Assembly: GCA_965267345.1 (NCBI GenBank)
Contig: OZ253947.1
Span: 72,662-136,661, forward strand
Length of the DNA stretch: 64,000 nt
From: Minisyncoccota bacterium
GTDB taxonomy: Bacteria > Patescibacteriota > Minisyncoccia > Phycocordibacterales > UBA2100
Direction: 5' to 3'
This document shows, piece after piece, positions 20,062-30,043 of the stretch. A model generated the notes under the pieces. It did not search any database. It was not told the DNA's origin and saw nothing but the letters and a program-made list of their open reading frames with translations. The translations under genes and the position numbers were made by a program. Position 1 is the stretch's first letter. Every line of letters starts with the position of its first letter.

Positions 20062-20148
20062 CGGAGAGGGAGGGATTCGAACCCTCGAGGGAGTTGCCCC
20101 CCTAACACCTTAGCAGGGTGCCCCTTTCGACCGCTCAGGCACCTCTCC
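20062..20148 (-). tRNA. tRNA-Ser (GCT)
   Basis: GGAGAGG acceptor, CT-GCT-AA anticodon loop, long variable arm, G73. Confidence 0.95.
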
Positions 20149-20174
20149 GTGTAACTCTGTTCTCACAGAGTTCT

Positions 20175-20309
20175 GGAAGGATGCCTGGGCGATCGAACGA
20201 GTTCGTCCACCTATGGCCTGTCGCACGTATGCGACATCGGCCATTTCCGCTGCGCGGAACCGGAGCAAACATGTAGCAGTACATCTTTGCTCCGCTCAGG
20301 CACCTCTCC
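20175..20309 (-). repeat. Structured insert bounded by direct and inverted copies of the tRNA-Ser 5' end
   Basis: CCGCTCAGGCACCTCTCC at 20292-20309 equals 20131-20148; degenerate inverted copy at 20175-20191. Confidence 0.7.
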
Positions 20310-20343
20310 AATTTCGCTACGATACCACAAAGCGCGGTGGTTT

Positions 20344-20961
20344 TCACACACGTGCCAGTGCGACGCAGGTCACGTGTGCACCGGCATCAGTAAGCATTCA
20401 CGTTGCTTCGGTGAGCGTTGCGCCGGTCGTGACGACATCATCAACGAGTACGACGTGCACACCCTGCAACCTATGGTGTGTGGCGAGCGTAAAGACGCCC
20501 TGCACGCGCGCAAGGCGTGCTGCTTTGCGGAGTGTTTTTTGTGGCGGTGTGTCGTGCACCCGCAGTAGTACGTCGTCGACGACCTGTGCGCGAAGCGCAT
20601 CGGGGAGCGCGCGGCATACGTGCAGGACTTGATTGAAGCCCCGCTCGCGTGTGCGCTGTGGCGACAGCGGCATGGGCACAATGGCAGTCGTCGGTTCCCA
20701 GAGCGCCGTGTCGGCGAGCTCTTCAGTTATGGCGTCGGTCAGTAGCGTTGCGAGGAGCTCTGTTGCGTGTGGATCGGTGTGCGATTTAAGGGTGAGCGTT
20801 GCTGCACGTACCGCCGGTGTGGTGTAGTCGGCGCAGGTGAGCACCTGCACGCCGGCATGCGTACGCACAGTGCGCAGCTCGGGCTGCAGCATGGTGCACG
20901 TGGCAAGGTGTTGTTCGCGCGGTGTGGGCGGGAAGAGGATGTCGAGGACGGTGCGCCACAT
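20344..20961 (-). pseudogene. comF: ComF family phosphoribosyltransferase with in-frame TGA near the C-terminus
   Basis: RERGFNQ and LVDDVVTTGATL motifs; TGA at 20398-20400 followed in frame by MLTDAGAHVTCVALARV*. Confidence 0.75.
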
Positions 20962-21026
20962 GCGCGCATTGTAACCAGAGCACGTATTCACTGCGAATGT
21001 GCATGCTACAATAGACGCATCTCTCT

Positions 21027-22193
21027 ATGGGCATTTTCGATTCACTTCGCGGTTCATTATCGAAACTGGGCGCGTCAGGCGGCGGGCGTTCAGGGAGCGT
21101 TGTCGGTGTCGATATCGGCTCATCAGCAATCAAAGTAGTGCAGCTTCGTCGCGACCGCGGGCGCGTCATTCTCGAGACGTACGGTGAAATTGCCCTCGGG
21201 CCGTACACTGGCACCGAAGTGGGGCGCTCAACACACCTACAAACGCCCGAGCTTACTCAGGCACTCAAAGATGTCATCACCGAAGCGAACGTCACGGCGA
21301 CGAGCGCGGGAGTGTCGGTGCCGTTTTCGTCGAGTCTCACGTCGGTGATCGAAATGCCGAAAATGCCGGCCGAGCAGCTGGCGCACATGGTGCCGCTTGA
21401 AGCGCGCAAGTATATTCCCGCAAATATTAATGAGGTGATGCTCGACTGGTTTGTTATTCCCGATGATCCCGAAAAAGAGGAGTGGAACCGTGCGCGGTCA
21501 CTTGCTGCCGAAGACGAGGCGAAACCGCAGGGGAGCGATAAAGCAGAGGTGCTCCTCGTGGCGATTCACAATGAGGTGCTCAGCACATTTCAAACGGTAA
21601 CGCAGGAAGCGGGGCTCAATGTCGGATTCTACGAACTCGAAGTATTCGGTGTGGTGCGTTCGTCGCTCGCGCACGGCATTGCACCGGTGATGGTTATCGA
21701 TATCGGCGCGGCCACCACGAAAGTGTACGTGGTTGAGCGTGGCATTGTGCGCTTCTCGCACTTGGTCAACATGGGCTCACAGGAGCTCACCCTCGGCGTA
21801 TCGCGCGCGCTGGGGTGGAATTTTGAACGCGCCGAGCGCATGAAGCGCGAACTCGGCCTCGTGGTGCGTGAAGGGAGCGACAGTGAGCAGGATGCGAAGG
21901 TAAAAGACGCGCTGTTATCAACATTGGGCCGTATTTTTTCAGAGATAAATCGCGTACTATTGAGTTACGAAAAGAAGTATGGGCGCAATGTTTCGCGCGT
22001 GGTACTCACCGGTGGCGGCAGCAGTATGGTTGGCATCGAAGAGTACGCAAGCGAACTGTTGAGCATGGATGTTGAGCGCAGTCAGCCGTTCGAAAAAGTA
22101 CAGACACCCGCGTTTTTGGAAGAAGTGCTCAAGGAGGTAGGTCCCGAGTTTGCGGTTGCGGTAGGCATGGCGCTTCGTCGCATTCAGGGCTAG
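21027..22193 (+). CDS. pilM: Type IV pilus assembly protein PilM
   Basis: VGVDIGSSAIK, IDIGAATT, LTGGGS and AVAVGMALR motifs. Confidence 0.93.
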   Translation: MGIFDSLRGSLSKLGASGGGRSGSVVGVDIGSSAIKVVQLRRDRGRVILETYGEIALGPYTGTEVGRSTHLQTPELTQALKDVITEANVTATSAGVSVPFSSSLTSVIEMPKMPAEQLAHMVPLEARKYIPANINEVMLDWFVIPDDPEKEEWNRARSLAAEDEAKPQGSDKAEVLLVAIHNEVLSTFQTVTQEAGLNVGFYELEVFGVVRSSLAHGIAPVMVIDIGAATTKVYVVERGIVRFSHLVNMGSQELTLGVSRALGWNFERAERMKRELGLVVREGSDSEQDAKVKDALLSTLGRIFSEINRVLLSYEKKYGRNVSRVVLTGGGSSMVGIEEYASELLSMDVERSQPFEKVQTPAFLEEVLKEVGPEFAVAVGMALRRIQG

Positions 22194-22220
22194 AAAGATC
22201 ACACACATTTGTTCTCTTAT

Positions 22221-23021
22221 ATGGACTCGAAGATAAAAGCATCGTTCATTCCTGACAAGGTCCCGACCGACAAAGGCGGCCGCACGCCGCGTGGCTCATC
22301 GGGGAGCTTGGGCGACGTCTTGATGCTCATTGGTATTGTCGCACTTGCGGCATCACTGGCGCTGGCTGCCGGTGTCTTTCTCTACGACAAGTATCTTGAT
22401 GCGCAGGTGACGAGCAAGCAGCAGCAGCTCGATCGCGCGCGCGGGTCATTTGAAGTAAGTTTGATACAAGAATTGCTGCGCCTTGATGCGCGCCTTGACG
22501 CGGCACGCGAGGTGCTCGCACAGCACATCGCACCGTCGGAGTTTTTCACCATTCTTGAAGCGAGCACCCTCGAGTCGGTGTCGTACGAGTCGCTCAACTT
22601 CCGTCTCGAAGACGATAACACCATCACCATTGCGATGGATGGGGAAGCAGGCAGTGTGAACAGCGTTGCCCTGCAGGCGAGCGTTTTCGGGCAGAATACT
22701 GCGATCACTAATCCAATTTTCTCGAACCTCGATCTCGTTGAAGATGGGGTGACCTTTCAGGTGACGGCAAATGTGAATCCGTCGGCACTTCGCTATGCAA
22801 ACGTCTTTAACCAGTCGAGTGCAAATACCACCCAGCAGCGGCAGGCAATTCCACCGGCCGGTGACGCAGCACAGCAGCAATCAGCCGATAGCGCGCAGAA
22901 TCAGGAGCAGACGCAGGACGAGCCGCAGCTTGAAGGCGGTGAAAGTGAAACCATACCCGAAGGTACCACGTTACCCGATAATGCCGCTGAAGACTTTGGT
23001 GGCTTTGCACCAACACAATAG
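22221..23021 (+). CDS. PilN-like protein
   Basis: Single TM plus coiled coil, directly after pilM; acidic tail. Confidence 0.65.
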   Translation: MDSKIKASFIPDKVPTDKGGRTPRGSSGSLGDVLMLIGIVALAASLALAAGVFLYDKYLDAQVTSKQQQLDRARGSFEVSLIQELLRLDARLDAAREVLAQHIAPSEFFTILEASTLESVSYESLNFRLEDDNTITIAMDGEAGSVNSVALQASVFGQNTAITNPIFSNLDLVEDGVTFQVTANVNPSALRYANVFNQSSANTTQQRQAIPPAGDAAQQQSADSAQNQEQTQDEPQLEGGESETIPEGTTLPDNAAEDFGGFAPTQ

Positions 23022-23024
23022 CCT

Positions 23025-23612
23025 ATGACGAAAGCAATCCTTGCCATACTGTTTCTCGGCGCGTCAGTGATGACGTTCGTGCTCTACATCCGTCCGACGT
23101 ACGATGATGTGAAAGAAAATCGGGCAGCGGTTGCGCAGTTTGACGGCGCACTTGATCGCACGCGCGAAATCCAAGAGCTCAAAGAGTCGCTCCTCACTCG
23201 CTACAATGTCTTTGTGGGCGAAAATCTCGATCGCTTACAGAAGATGCTCCCTGACCACGTTGATAACGTGCGTCTGGTGCTCGACCTTGACGGTATGGCG
23301 TCGCGCTACGGACTGCGCCTGCAGAACGTGACGGTGCAGCAGCGCGCGTCAGACAGTGACAATGAACGCAACGGCACCGTGCTCAACGGTGGTGCGAATC
23401 AGAACAAGCCGTACCAGTCGCTCACACTGCAATTCCAAGTCGTGGCAACCTACAACGACTTCATTCGCCTGCTGCGCGATTTGGAATCGAGTTTGCGTAT
23501 TGTTGATCTCGTGTCACTGTCGGTACGTCCGTATGCAGGCTCACAACAGGCAGAGGGGAGTGAGCCACTGTACACCTTCGGCGTTGCCCTGCGTACGTAT
23601 TGGCTGAAGTAA
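23025..23612 (+). CDS. pilO: PilO-like protein
   Basis: N-terminal TM, coiled coil, Y..F..LL..LE.SLRIVD motif. Confidence 0.8.
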   Translation: MTKAILAILFLGASVMTFVLYIRPTYDDVKENRAAVAQFDGALDRTREIQELKESLLTRYNVFVGENLDRLQKMLPDHVDNVRLVLDLDGMASRYGLRLQNVTVQQRASDSDNERNGTVLNGGANQNKPYQSLTLQFQVVATYNDFIRLLRDLESSLRIVDLVSLSVRPYAGSQQAEGSEPLYTFGVALRTYWLK

Positions 23613-23618
23613 ACGTGT

Positions 23619-23972
23619 ATGTTGAACATCATCAAACAAAACAAAGTCATCATTATCGTACTCATTGTCGTCGTTGCGGGCTTTGCATGGTACGGACTTT
23701 CAGATCGGCCGACGCCGCAAGGTTTGCTGAGCACTGAAAGCGGTGGCACTGCCGTATCGGTTGAAGATCAGGAAATTGTTCGTCTGTTGCTTGATATGCG
23801 TTCGATTCGTTTGGACGGTTCCATCTTTGAGAGTCCGGCGTTTCGTTCGCTGACCGACTTTGGTCGCGGCATTATTCCTGAGCCGGTTGGCCGCCGTAAT
23901 CCATTTGCACCAACACACTCTGAAGGAGAGCCTTCAGATGCCGACGAGGTAGACGCGGTATTCGCACAGTAG
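23619..23972 (+). CDS. Small pilus-associated protein (PilP position)
   Basis: TM plus GRRNPFAP motif. Confidence 0.6.
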   Translation: MLNIIKQNKVIIIVLIVVVAGFAWYGLSDRPTPQGLLSTESGGTAVSVEDQEIVRLLLDMRSIRLDGSIFESPAFRSLTDFGRGIIPEPVGRRNPFAPTHSEGEPSDADEVDAVFAQ

Positions 23973-23977
23973 CACCT

Positions 23978-25804
23978 ATGGCTGACTCGTTGCTGACAAA
24001 CCTGACGGCACAAGGGGTTATTACTGAGCAAGATGCGCAGACGCTTGCTGCGCGTGCGCAGGAGGAAAATGTGCCCGTTGAGCGACTTTTGCAGCAGGCG
24101 GGTATTACGCAGGCCGATATTTTGAAAGCGCGTGCTGCCGACTCAGGGGTGCCGACGCATGCAGTTGGCGACGAGCAAATCCCGTTCAGTATTCTCGAGC
24201 ACATCCCCGAAGAGTCAGCACAGCACTACTCAATGGTGCCGCTGGGTATTGTTGACGGCGTGCTCGAAGTTGGTATGACCGACCCGAGTAACATCGAGGC
24301 GGTTGATGCGCTCAACTTTTTGACGCGAAAAGAAGGATTGCCGTTCAAAGTATTTCTCATATCACAGGAAGACCTACAGAAGGTGCTCGGCATGTACAAT
24401 TCACTTGGCGGTGAGGTTGGTCGTGCGTTGAATGAGCTTGAAAGCGAACTCAGCGCTGAGGAGCAAAATATTCAAGACGCCATTAACGAACAGGAGACTG
24501 AAGGAAAGAACTACATTAAGGAGGATGCACCTGTCATTAAAATCGTTGCGACCATTCTGCGCTACGCGGTGGATGGCCGTGCCTCTGACGTCCACATCGA
24601 ACCATCTGATACGCAGGTCAAGGTGCGCTTCCGCGTTGACGGTGTGATGCATACATCACTGACGCTGCCGCCGAATGTGCAACAGGCGATTGTGGCGCGC
24701 ATTAAAGTGCTCGCATCAATGCGTTTGGATGAGCGCCGCAAACCACAAGACGGCCGTTTCTCCGCAACGATTGCCGGTCACAAGATCGACTTTCGTGTGT
24801 CGACATTTCCTGCCTACGGCGGCGAGAAGATTGTGATGCGTATTCTCGATCGCGAGCGCGGCTTCATTTCGCTGGAAGACCTCGGCCTCTCGGACGGACA
24901 CCTCGACACGGTACGCCGTGCCATTCAACGCCCGCACGGACTCATTTTGGTATCGGGACCGACCGGTTCGGGTAAATCGACCACACTGTACTCGATTCTC
25001 TCCGAGTTGGATCGGGAAACCAAAAACGTACTCTCACTTGAAGATCCCGTCGAGTACCACATTGACGGCGTGAGCCAGTCGCAGGTGCGCCCTGAAATTG
25101 GCTACACGTTCGCTACAGGACTGCGCACGACACTGCGCCAAGACCCCGACATCATCATGGTGGGTGAGATTCGCGACGCTGAGACGGCAAAACTCGCCGT
25201 GCAGGCTGCATTGACGGGACACTTGGTGCTCTCAACAATCCACACCAACAGCGCTATCGGCGTGGTGCCACGTCTGGTGGACATGGGTGTTGACCCGTAC
25301 CTGATCGCACCGACACTGGTGCTGGCGGTGGCCCAGCGTCTCGTACGTCGTATGTGCCCAGGGGCTGAGAATCCTGTGCAGCTTGATGAGGGAAACCGTA
25401 CCGTATTAGAGCGAGAGTTTGGCACATTGCCAGAACAGTACCGACCGCAGATCCCCGACACCATCTACGAAGCAAAAGCAACACCCGATTGTCCGTCGGG
25501 CGTGCGCGGTCGTATGGCGGTATTTGAAATGTTGCCGTTTAGCCCCGAGCTGGAACACCAGATTTTGACGGATCCGGCCGAAGACAAGCTGTGGGAACTT
25601 GCCCGCAAACAGGGTATGCTATCAATGAAGGAGGACGCCATTATGAAGGCATTTGAGGGCACCATTCCGTACGCGGAGGTGAACAAGCTTGGCGGTATGC
25701 TCCTTGCTGAGAAGGCGTCAATTGCCAATGATGAAAGCAAGAGTGCGGCCAGCGCACCGGCCGCTGCCCCGGCGACACCACCGCAACAACCACCACAGCA
25801 GTAA
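23978..25804 (+). CDS. pilB: PilB/GspE extension ATPase
   Basis: ASDVHIEP, GPTGSGKST, LRQDPDIIMVGEIRD and TGHLVLSTIHTN motifs. Confidence 0.93.
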   Translation: MADSLLTNLTAQGVITEQDAQTLAARAQEENVPVERLLQQAGITQADILKARAADSGVPTHAVGDEQIPFSILEHIPEESAQHYSMVPLGIVDGVLEVGMTDPSNIEAVDALNFLTRKEGLPFKVFLISQEDLQKVLGMYNSLGGEVGRALNELESELSAEEQNIQDAINEQETEGKNYIKEDAPVIKIVATILRYAVDGRASDVHIEPSDTQVKVRFRVDGVMHTSLTLPPNVQQAIVARIKVLASMRLDERRKPQDGRFSATIAGHKIDFRVSTFPAYGGEKIVMRILDRERGFISLEDLGLSDGHLDTVRRAIQRPHGLILVSGPTGSGKSTTLYSILSELDRETKNVLSLEDPVEYHIDGVSQSQVRPEIGYTFATGLRTTLRQDPDIIMVGEIRDAETAKLAVQAALTGHLVLSTIHTNSAIGVVPRLVDMGVDPYLIAPTLVLAVAQRLVRRMCPGAENPVQLDEGNRTVLEREFGTLPEQYRPQIPDTIYEAKATPDCPSGVRGRMAVFEMLPFSPELEHQILTDPAEDKLWELARKQGMLSMKEDAIMKAFEGTIPYAEVNKLGGMLLAEKASIANDESKSAASAPAAAPATPPQQPPQQ

Positions 25805-25814
25805 CACTACACTT

Positions 25815-26213
25815 ATGACCACAACCGCACCATTTTCTGTTTTGCTCGTTGATGACGATTCATTCCTCATCGACATGTACAGTTTAAAATTTTCACATGC
25901 CGGCCATGCTGTTGCGACAGCGCAAAGTGCCATGGAGGCACTCGAGAAGCTGCGCAATGGTCTCACGCCCGACGCGGTTGTGTTTGATCTCGTTATGCCG
26001 GAAATTGACGGCTTCGGCTTACTTGAGGCAATACAAAACGAAGGGCTCGCGAAAGGGGCGGCGCTCATTGTGCTCTCAAATCAAGGGGAAAAGGAAGATA
26101 TTGAGCGCGCCCGCACGCTTGGGGCCGTGGGGCACATCATCAAAGCAAATGCGATTCCCTCGGAAGTATTGGCATTGGTGGAGCAGTACGTGCAGAAGAC
26201 GCGTACGTCGTAG
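25815..26213 (+). CDS. Single-domain response regulator
   Basis: LLVDDD, DLVMP (phospho-Asp), LSN and IIK motifs. Confidence 0.9.
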   Translation: MTTTAPFSVLLVDDDSFLIDMYSLKFSHAGHAVATAQSAMEALEKLRNGLTPDAVVFDLVMPEIDGFGLLEAIQNEGLAKGAALIVLSNQGEKEDIERARTLGAVGHIIKANAIPSEVLALVEQYVQKTRTS

Positions 26214-26275
26214 TGTTCTGCACAGTGCCGCGGTAGCTGCGGCTGGCTCGTGCAGGTACAATAGAGAAACGAAGT

Positions 26276-27337
26276 ATGGAATACGACCGTTCATTACGTA
26301 AGTTCATTAACGTGCTCATGCACGAAGGCGGGTCTGACCTGCACCTGTCTGCTGAGTCAAACCCAACAGTCCGCGTTGCCGGCACGCTCGTGTCGCTGAC
26401 GAAAGAGCCAATGCTCACCGCCGACGACACCCTTGGCCTGCTCAAGGTGATGATCAGTGATGAGCAAGAAAAAGAATTTCTCGCAAACAAAGAGCTCGAT
26501 TTCTCATTCCAACTTGACGACGGAAACCGATTTCGCTGTAACGCATTCGTGCAGCGCGGCGCAACCGGTATTGCTATGCGCCACATTCCGAACGAGATTC
26601 GCACCATCGCCGATCTCGGACTGCCGCAGACACTCGAGAGCTTCGCACGACGCAACCAAGGCTTCTTCTTGGTGGTTGGTCCCGTCGGGCAGGGTAAAAC
26701 GACAACGCTTGCCTCACTCATTGAGCTGATCAATCAGGAACGTGCCGAGCATATCGTGACCATCGAAGATCCGATCGAGTACATTTTTGAGCCAAAACGC
26801 TCGCTGGTTGACCAGCGCGAAGTCAAAATCGACACCGCAGACTTTCCAACGGCACTGAAGGGTGCCTTTCGTCAGGACATTGACGTACTGCTCATTGGTG
26901 AGATGCGTGGTCCGGAGACAATGGCCTCAGCAGTCACTGCTGCTGAAACAGGACACCTCGTTTTCTCTACGCTGCACACCAACAATGCAGCACAAACCGT
27001 TGATCGCATCATCGACTCATTCCCAGGACATCAGCAGGATCAGATTCGCCTACAGTTGGCGTCATCGCTCGCGGGTATTTTCTCGCAACGCCTGATTCCG
27101 CGCGTCGGTGGCGGACTTGTTCCCGCATATGAATTGCTCATTGCCAACAAGGCGGTCGCCAACCTCATTCGTGAAAAACGCTCGCATGAAATCAACACCG
27201 TTATCGAAACGGGTATGCAGGACGGCATGATTAGCATGGACCGTTCACTTGCGGAGTTGGTTGCGCAGGGCGAAATCAGCGCTGATAGCGCGTACCAGCA
27301 TTCGCTCAACCCGCAGGCACTCGAGCGACTGCTGTAA
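26276..27337 (+). CDS. pilT: PilT/PilU retraction ATPase
   Basis: SDLHL, GPVGQGKTTT, GEMR and AAETGHLVFSTLHTN motifs. Confidence 0.93.
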   Translation: MEYDRSLRKFINVLMHEGGSDLHLSAESNPTVRVAGTLVSLTKEPMLTADDTLGLLKVMISDEQEKEFLANKELDFSFQLDDGNRFRCNAFVQRGATGIAMRHIPNEIRTIADLGLPQTLESFARRNQGFFLVVGPVGQGKTTTLASLIELINQERAEHIVTIEDPIEYIFEPKRSLVDQREVKIDTADFPTALKGAFRQDIDVLLIGEMRGPETMASAVTAAETGHLVFSTLHTNNAAQTVDRIIDSFPGHQQDQIRLQLASSLAGIFSQRLIPRVGGGLVPAYELLIANKAVANLIREKRSHEINTVIETGMQDGMISMDRSLAELVAQGEISADSAYQHSLNPQALERLL

Positions 27338-27353
27338 TTTTTGAAACATACCT

Positions 27354-28565
27354 ATGGCACTGTTTTACTACACGGCACTTGATGCACAGGGGAAGGAGCG
27401 AGAGGGAAGTATCGACGCTATAAACATGGATGTGGCAGTTGCAGGGCTGCAGCGCCGCGGCCTCACTATTTCCTCAATTGAGCCTGCGGAAGGCTCAGGT
27501 TCGTTGCTCAATATGCGCCTCACGTTCTTTGAGCGCGTCAAAAACAAAGAGGTGGTGATGCTCTCGCGTCAGATTTCGACGCTGTTTGAGGCGCAGGTGT
27601 CGGCACTGCGCGCATTTCGCCTGCTTGCTGCGGAGGCAGAGAATCCGGCACTGCAGGACAAGCTCACTGAGGTTGCCAATGATCTGCAGAGCGGTTCGAC
27701 CATTGCCGACGCGCTTGCCAAGCACAAAGGCGTCTTTAGCGATTTCTACGTCTCGATGGTACGCGCCGGTGAAGAGGCGGGCCGCCTAAACGAATCCTTT
27801 GCTTTTCTTGCCGACTACCTCGACCGCAACTACGCGGTTGCCAGCAAGGCGCGCAACGCACTGATTTATCCGGCATTTGTGATTCTGACCTTTATTGCCG
27901 TCATGGTGCTGATGCTGACGACCGTCATTCCGCGTCTTTCAAGTATTTTGGTTGAAACGGGTCAAGATCTGCCCGTCTATACAAAAGTGGTCATCGGCAT
28001 GGCAACGTTTATGTCGAACTACCTCTGGTTGCTCGGACTACTTGTTGTCGGTGGCGGTGTCGTGCTGTATCGCTACTTCACTACTGAAGGGGGAGAGAAA
28101 AAATTGGCGCGCGCACGACTGCAGGTGCCCTACGTGGGTGATCTGTATCGTAAACTCTACATGTCTCGTGTATCCGACAGTCTGAGCACGACGCTCTCAA
28201 GTGGCATTCAGCTCGTGCGTGGTTTTGAAATCAGTGCAGCGGTTGTTGGCGACGCAGCGTACCGTGACATTCTCGAGCGCGTGGCCGAAGAAATTCAAAC
28301 AGGACGACCCGCGTCAGAGGTGCTTGGGCGCTATCCCGAGTTTCCGAGCATTATGGTTGCGATGATCAAAATCGGTGAAGAAACGGGTGACTTGAGCAAT
28401 ATCCTCAGCACCATGGCGAAATTCTATCGTCGCGAAGTTGAAAACGCAGTCGACACACTCGTCTCGCTCATTGAACCGCTCATGATCGTACTGCTCGGTC
28501 TTGGTGTCGGACTGCTGCTCGCCTCGGTCTTGGTGCCAATTTACAACATTTCAGCCGGCATTTAG
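27354..28565 (+). CDS. pilC: PilC/GspF platform protein
   Basis: Two T2SSF repeats (MVRAGEEAG..ALIYP; MIKIGEETG..LIEP). Confidence 0.93.
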   Translation: MALFYYTALDAQGKEREGSIDAINMDVAVAGLQRRGLTISSIEPAEGSGSLLNMRLTFFERVKNKEVVMLSRQISTLFEAQVSALRAFRLLAAEAENPALQDKLTEVANDLQSGSTIADALAKHKGVFSDFYVSMVRAGEEAGRLNESFAFLADYLDRNYAVASKARNALIYPAFVILTFIAVMVLMLTTVIPRLSSILVETGQDLPVYTKVVIGMATFMSNYLWLLGLLVVGGGVVLYRYFTTEGGEKKLARARLQVPYVGDLYRKLYMSRVSDSLSTTLSSGIQLVRGFEISAAVVGDAAYRDILERVAEEIQTGRPASEVLGRYPEFPSIMVAMIKIGEETGDLSNILSTMAKFYRREVENAVDTLVSLIEPLMIVLLGLGVGLLLASVLVPIYNISAGI

Positions 28566-28732
28566 TGCGCCGGTGTTATCCACAGGACTTGGTGAAGCTG
28601 CGCCTGAGAGTATCGCTATAATGTAGTCTATAGGCATACAAGAGGTCGTTTTCGCTTGGTCGGTGTTGGCCACGAACAGCGTTTGCACAACAGTACACAT
28701 TGTTAGTTACAAAAAGGTTAAAAAGACTATTT

Positions 28733-29161
28733 ATGACATCATTTATGAACAAAGAGCGTGGTTTTACACTCATTGAGCTCTTGGTGGTCATCGCGATCAT
28801 CGGTATTCTCTCGTCAGTCGTGCTGGCGTCACTTAACAGTGCTCGTGAGAAATCACGTGACGCACGTCGCATTGGTGACGTGAAGCAGTTGCAGCTCGCA
28901 CTTGAGATGTACTACGACTCAAACAACGCATACCCATCATCAACGGCTGGTTTGGCACCGACGTACATTCCCGTACAGCCAACCGACCCACAGTCGGGTA
29001 ACGCGTATGACTACTCAACGAACGGCAGCAACACCACGTACGTTGTCCGTGCAACACTTGAGGCTGATCACAACGCTCTCGATAGTGACGCCGACGGTAC
29101 GGTGCTCACCATCGACTGTTCTGATTCATCAGACGGCTACTACTACTGCGTCCAGCCATAG
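28733..29161 (+). CDS. Major type IV pilin
   Basis: GFTLIELLVVIAIIGILSSVVLASLNSAR; own promoter (TATAAT ~28617) and terminator. Confidence 0.92.
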   Translation: MTSFMNKERGFTLIELLVVIAIIGILSSVVLASLNSAREKSRDARRIGDVKQLQLALEMYYDSNNAYPSSTAGLAPTYIPVQPTDPQSGNAYDYSTNGSNTTYVVRATLEADHNALDSDADGTVLTIDCSDSSDGYYYCVQP

Positions 29162-29180
29162 GGACTCCACGACTGGAAGC

Positions 29181-29209
29181 CAAAACGCGCGTCACAGACG
29201 CGCGTTTTG
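29181..29209 (+). terminator. Terminator after pilin gene
   Basis: CAAAACGCGCGTC-ACA-GACGCGCGTTTTG. Confidence 0.75.
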
Positions 29210-29227
29210 TTGCTATACTGAAGCGAT

Positions 29228-30043
29228 ATGGATCTTTTCACCCCACTGTTCTTTTGCGTCGGTCTCATTGTTGGCAGTTTTCTCAACGTTGCCATCCTGC
29301 GTCTCCATACGGGTCAATCGCTTTCAGGTCGCAGTGGCTGCATGAGCTGCCGCGCGCAGCTGCAGTGGTATGAACTGCTGCCACTGGTATCGTTTTTTGT
29401 GCTCCGCGGACGCTGTCGCAGCTGTGGCAGTAGTGTGTCGCACCAGTACTGGATTGTTGAGCTGACGACTGCGGCGCTATTTACACTGGTTGCCGTGCAG
29501 GGCTGGGATCTAGTGGTAACGACGACGGCACTGGCAATGGTGGCTGTGTTGGTTGTGTTAGCAGTCTACGATATACGCCACACCATTCTTCCAAACGCAT
29601 TGGTCTACCTGTTTGCCGGCCTCGCGCTTGTCGCGCACGTGCCGTTTGTACTGGCGTTGCCGCTCACGGAAGCACTCGTGACTGTTGCGGGTGTGCTTAT
29701 TGCCGGTGGCATTGTTGCTGCGCCACTGTTTGTGCTGTGGCTTGTATCACGCGGGGCATGGATGGGGCTCGGAGATGTAAAGCTGGCACTTGGTGTCGGC
29801 TGGGCACTCGGCGCACTCTACGGATTTGTCGCACTCATGATTGCATTTGTGACGGGTGCACTCGTTGGCGTTGCACTTCTGTACGCACCGCGGGTTATGC
29901 GCGCGCTTTCGTTGAGCGGCATTGGGCAACAGTTTACAATGAAGAGCGAGATACCGTTTGGCCCATTCATTATCGGCGGCTTTTTTATATCGTTATTCTG
30001 GGGTTCTGAGATAGTGATCGCATTCAGTTCGTTGTTTATATGA
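29228..30043 (+). CDS. pilD: Prepilin peptidase
   Basis: GSFLNV, two CxxC, YD and GLGDVK catalytic Asp motifs, IPFGPF. Confidence 0.95.
   Translation: MDLFTPLFFCVGLIVGSFLNVAILRLHTGQSLSGRSGCMSCRAQLQWYELLPLVSFFVLRGRCRSCGSSVSHQYWIVELTTAALFTLVAVQGWDLVVTTTALAMVAVLVVLAVYDIRHTILPNALVYLFAGLALVAHVPFVLALPLTEALVTVAGVLIAGGIVAAPLFVLWLVSRGAWMGLGDVKLALGVGWALGALYGFVALMIAFVTGALVGVALLYAPRVMRALSLSGIGQQFTMKSEIPFGPFIIGGFFISLFWGSEIVIAFSSLFI

Noticed and set aside
20398-20400. UGA recoding (genetic code 25 or selenocysteine)
   Set aside because: Other genes end normally at TGA, long ORFs have no internal TGA, and the position is not a Cys site.
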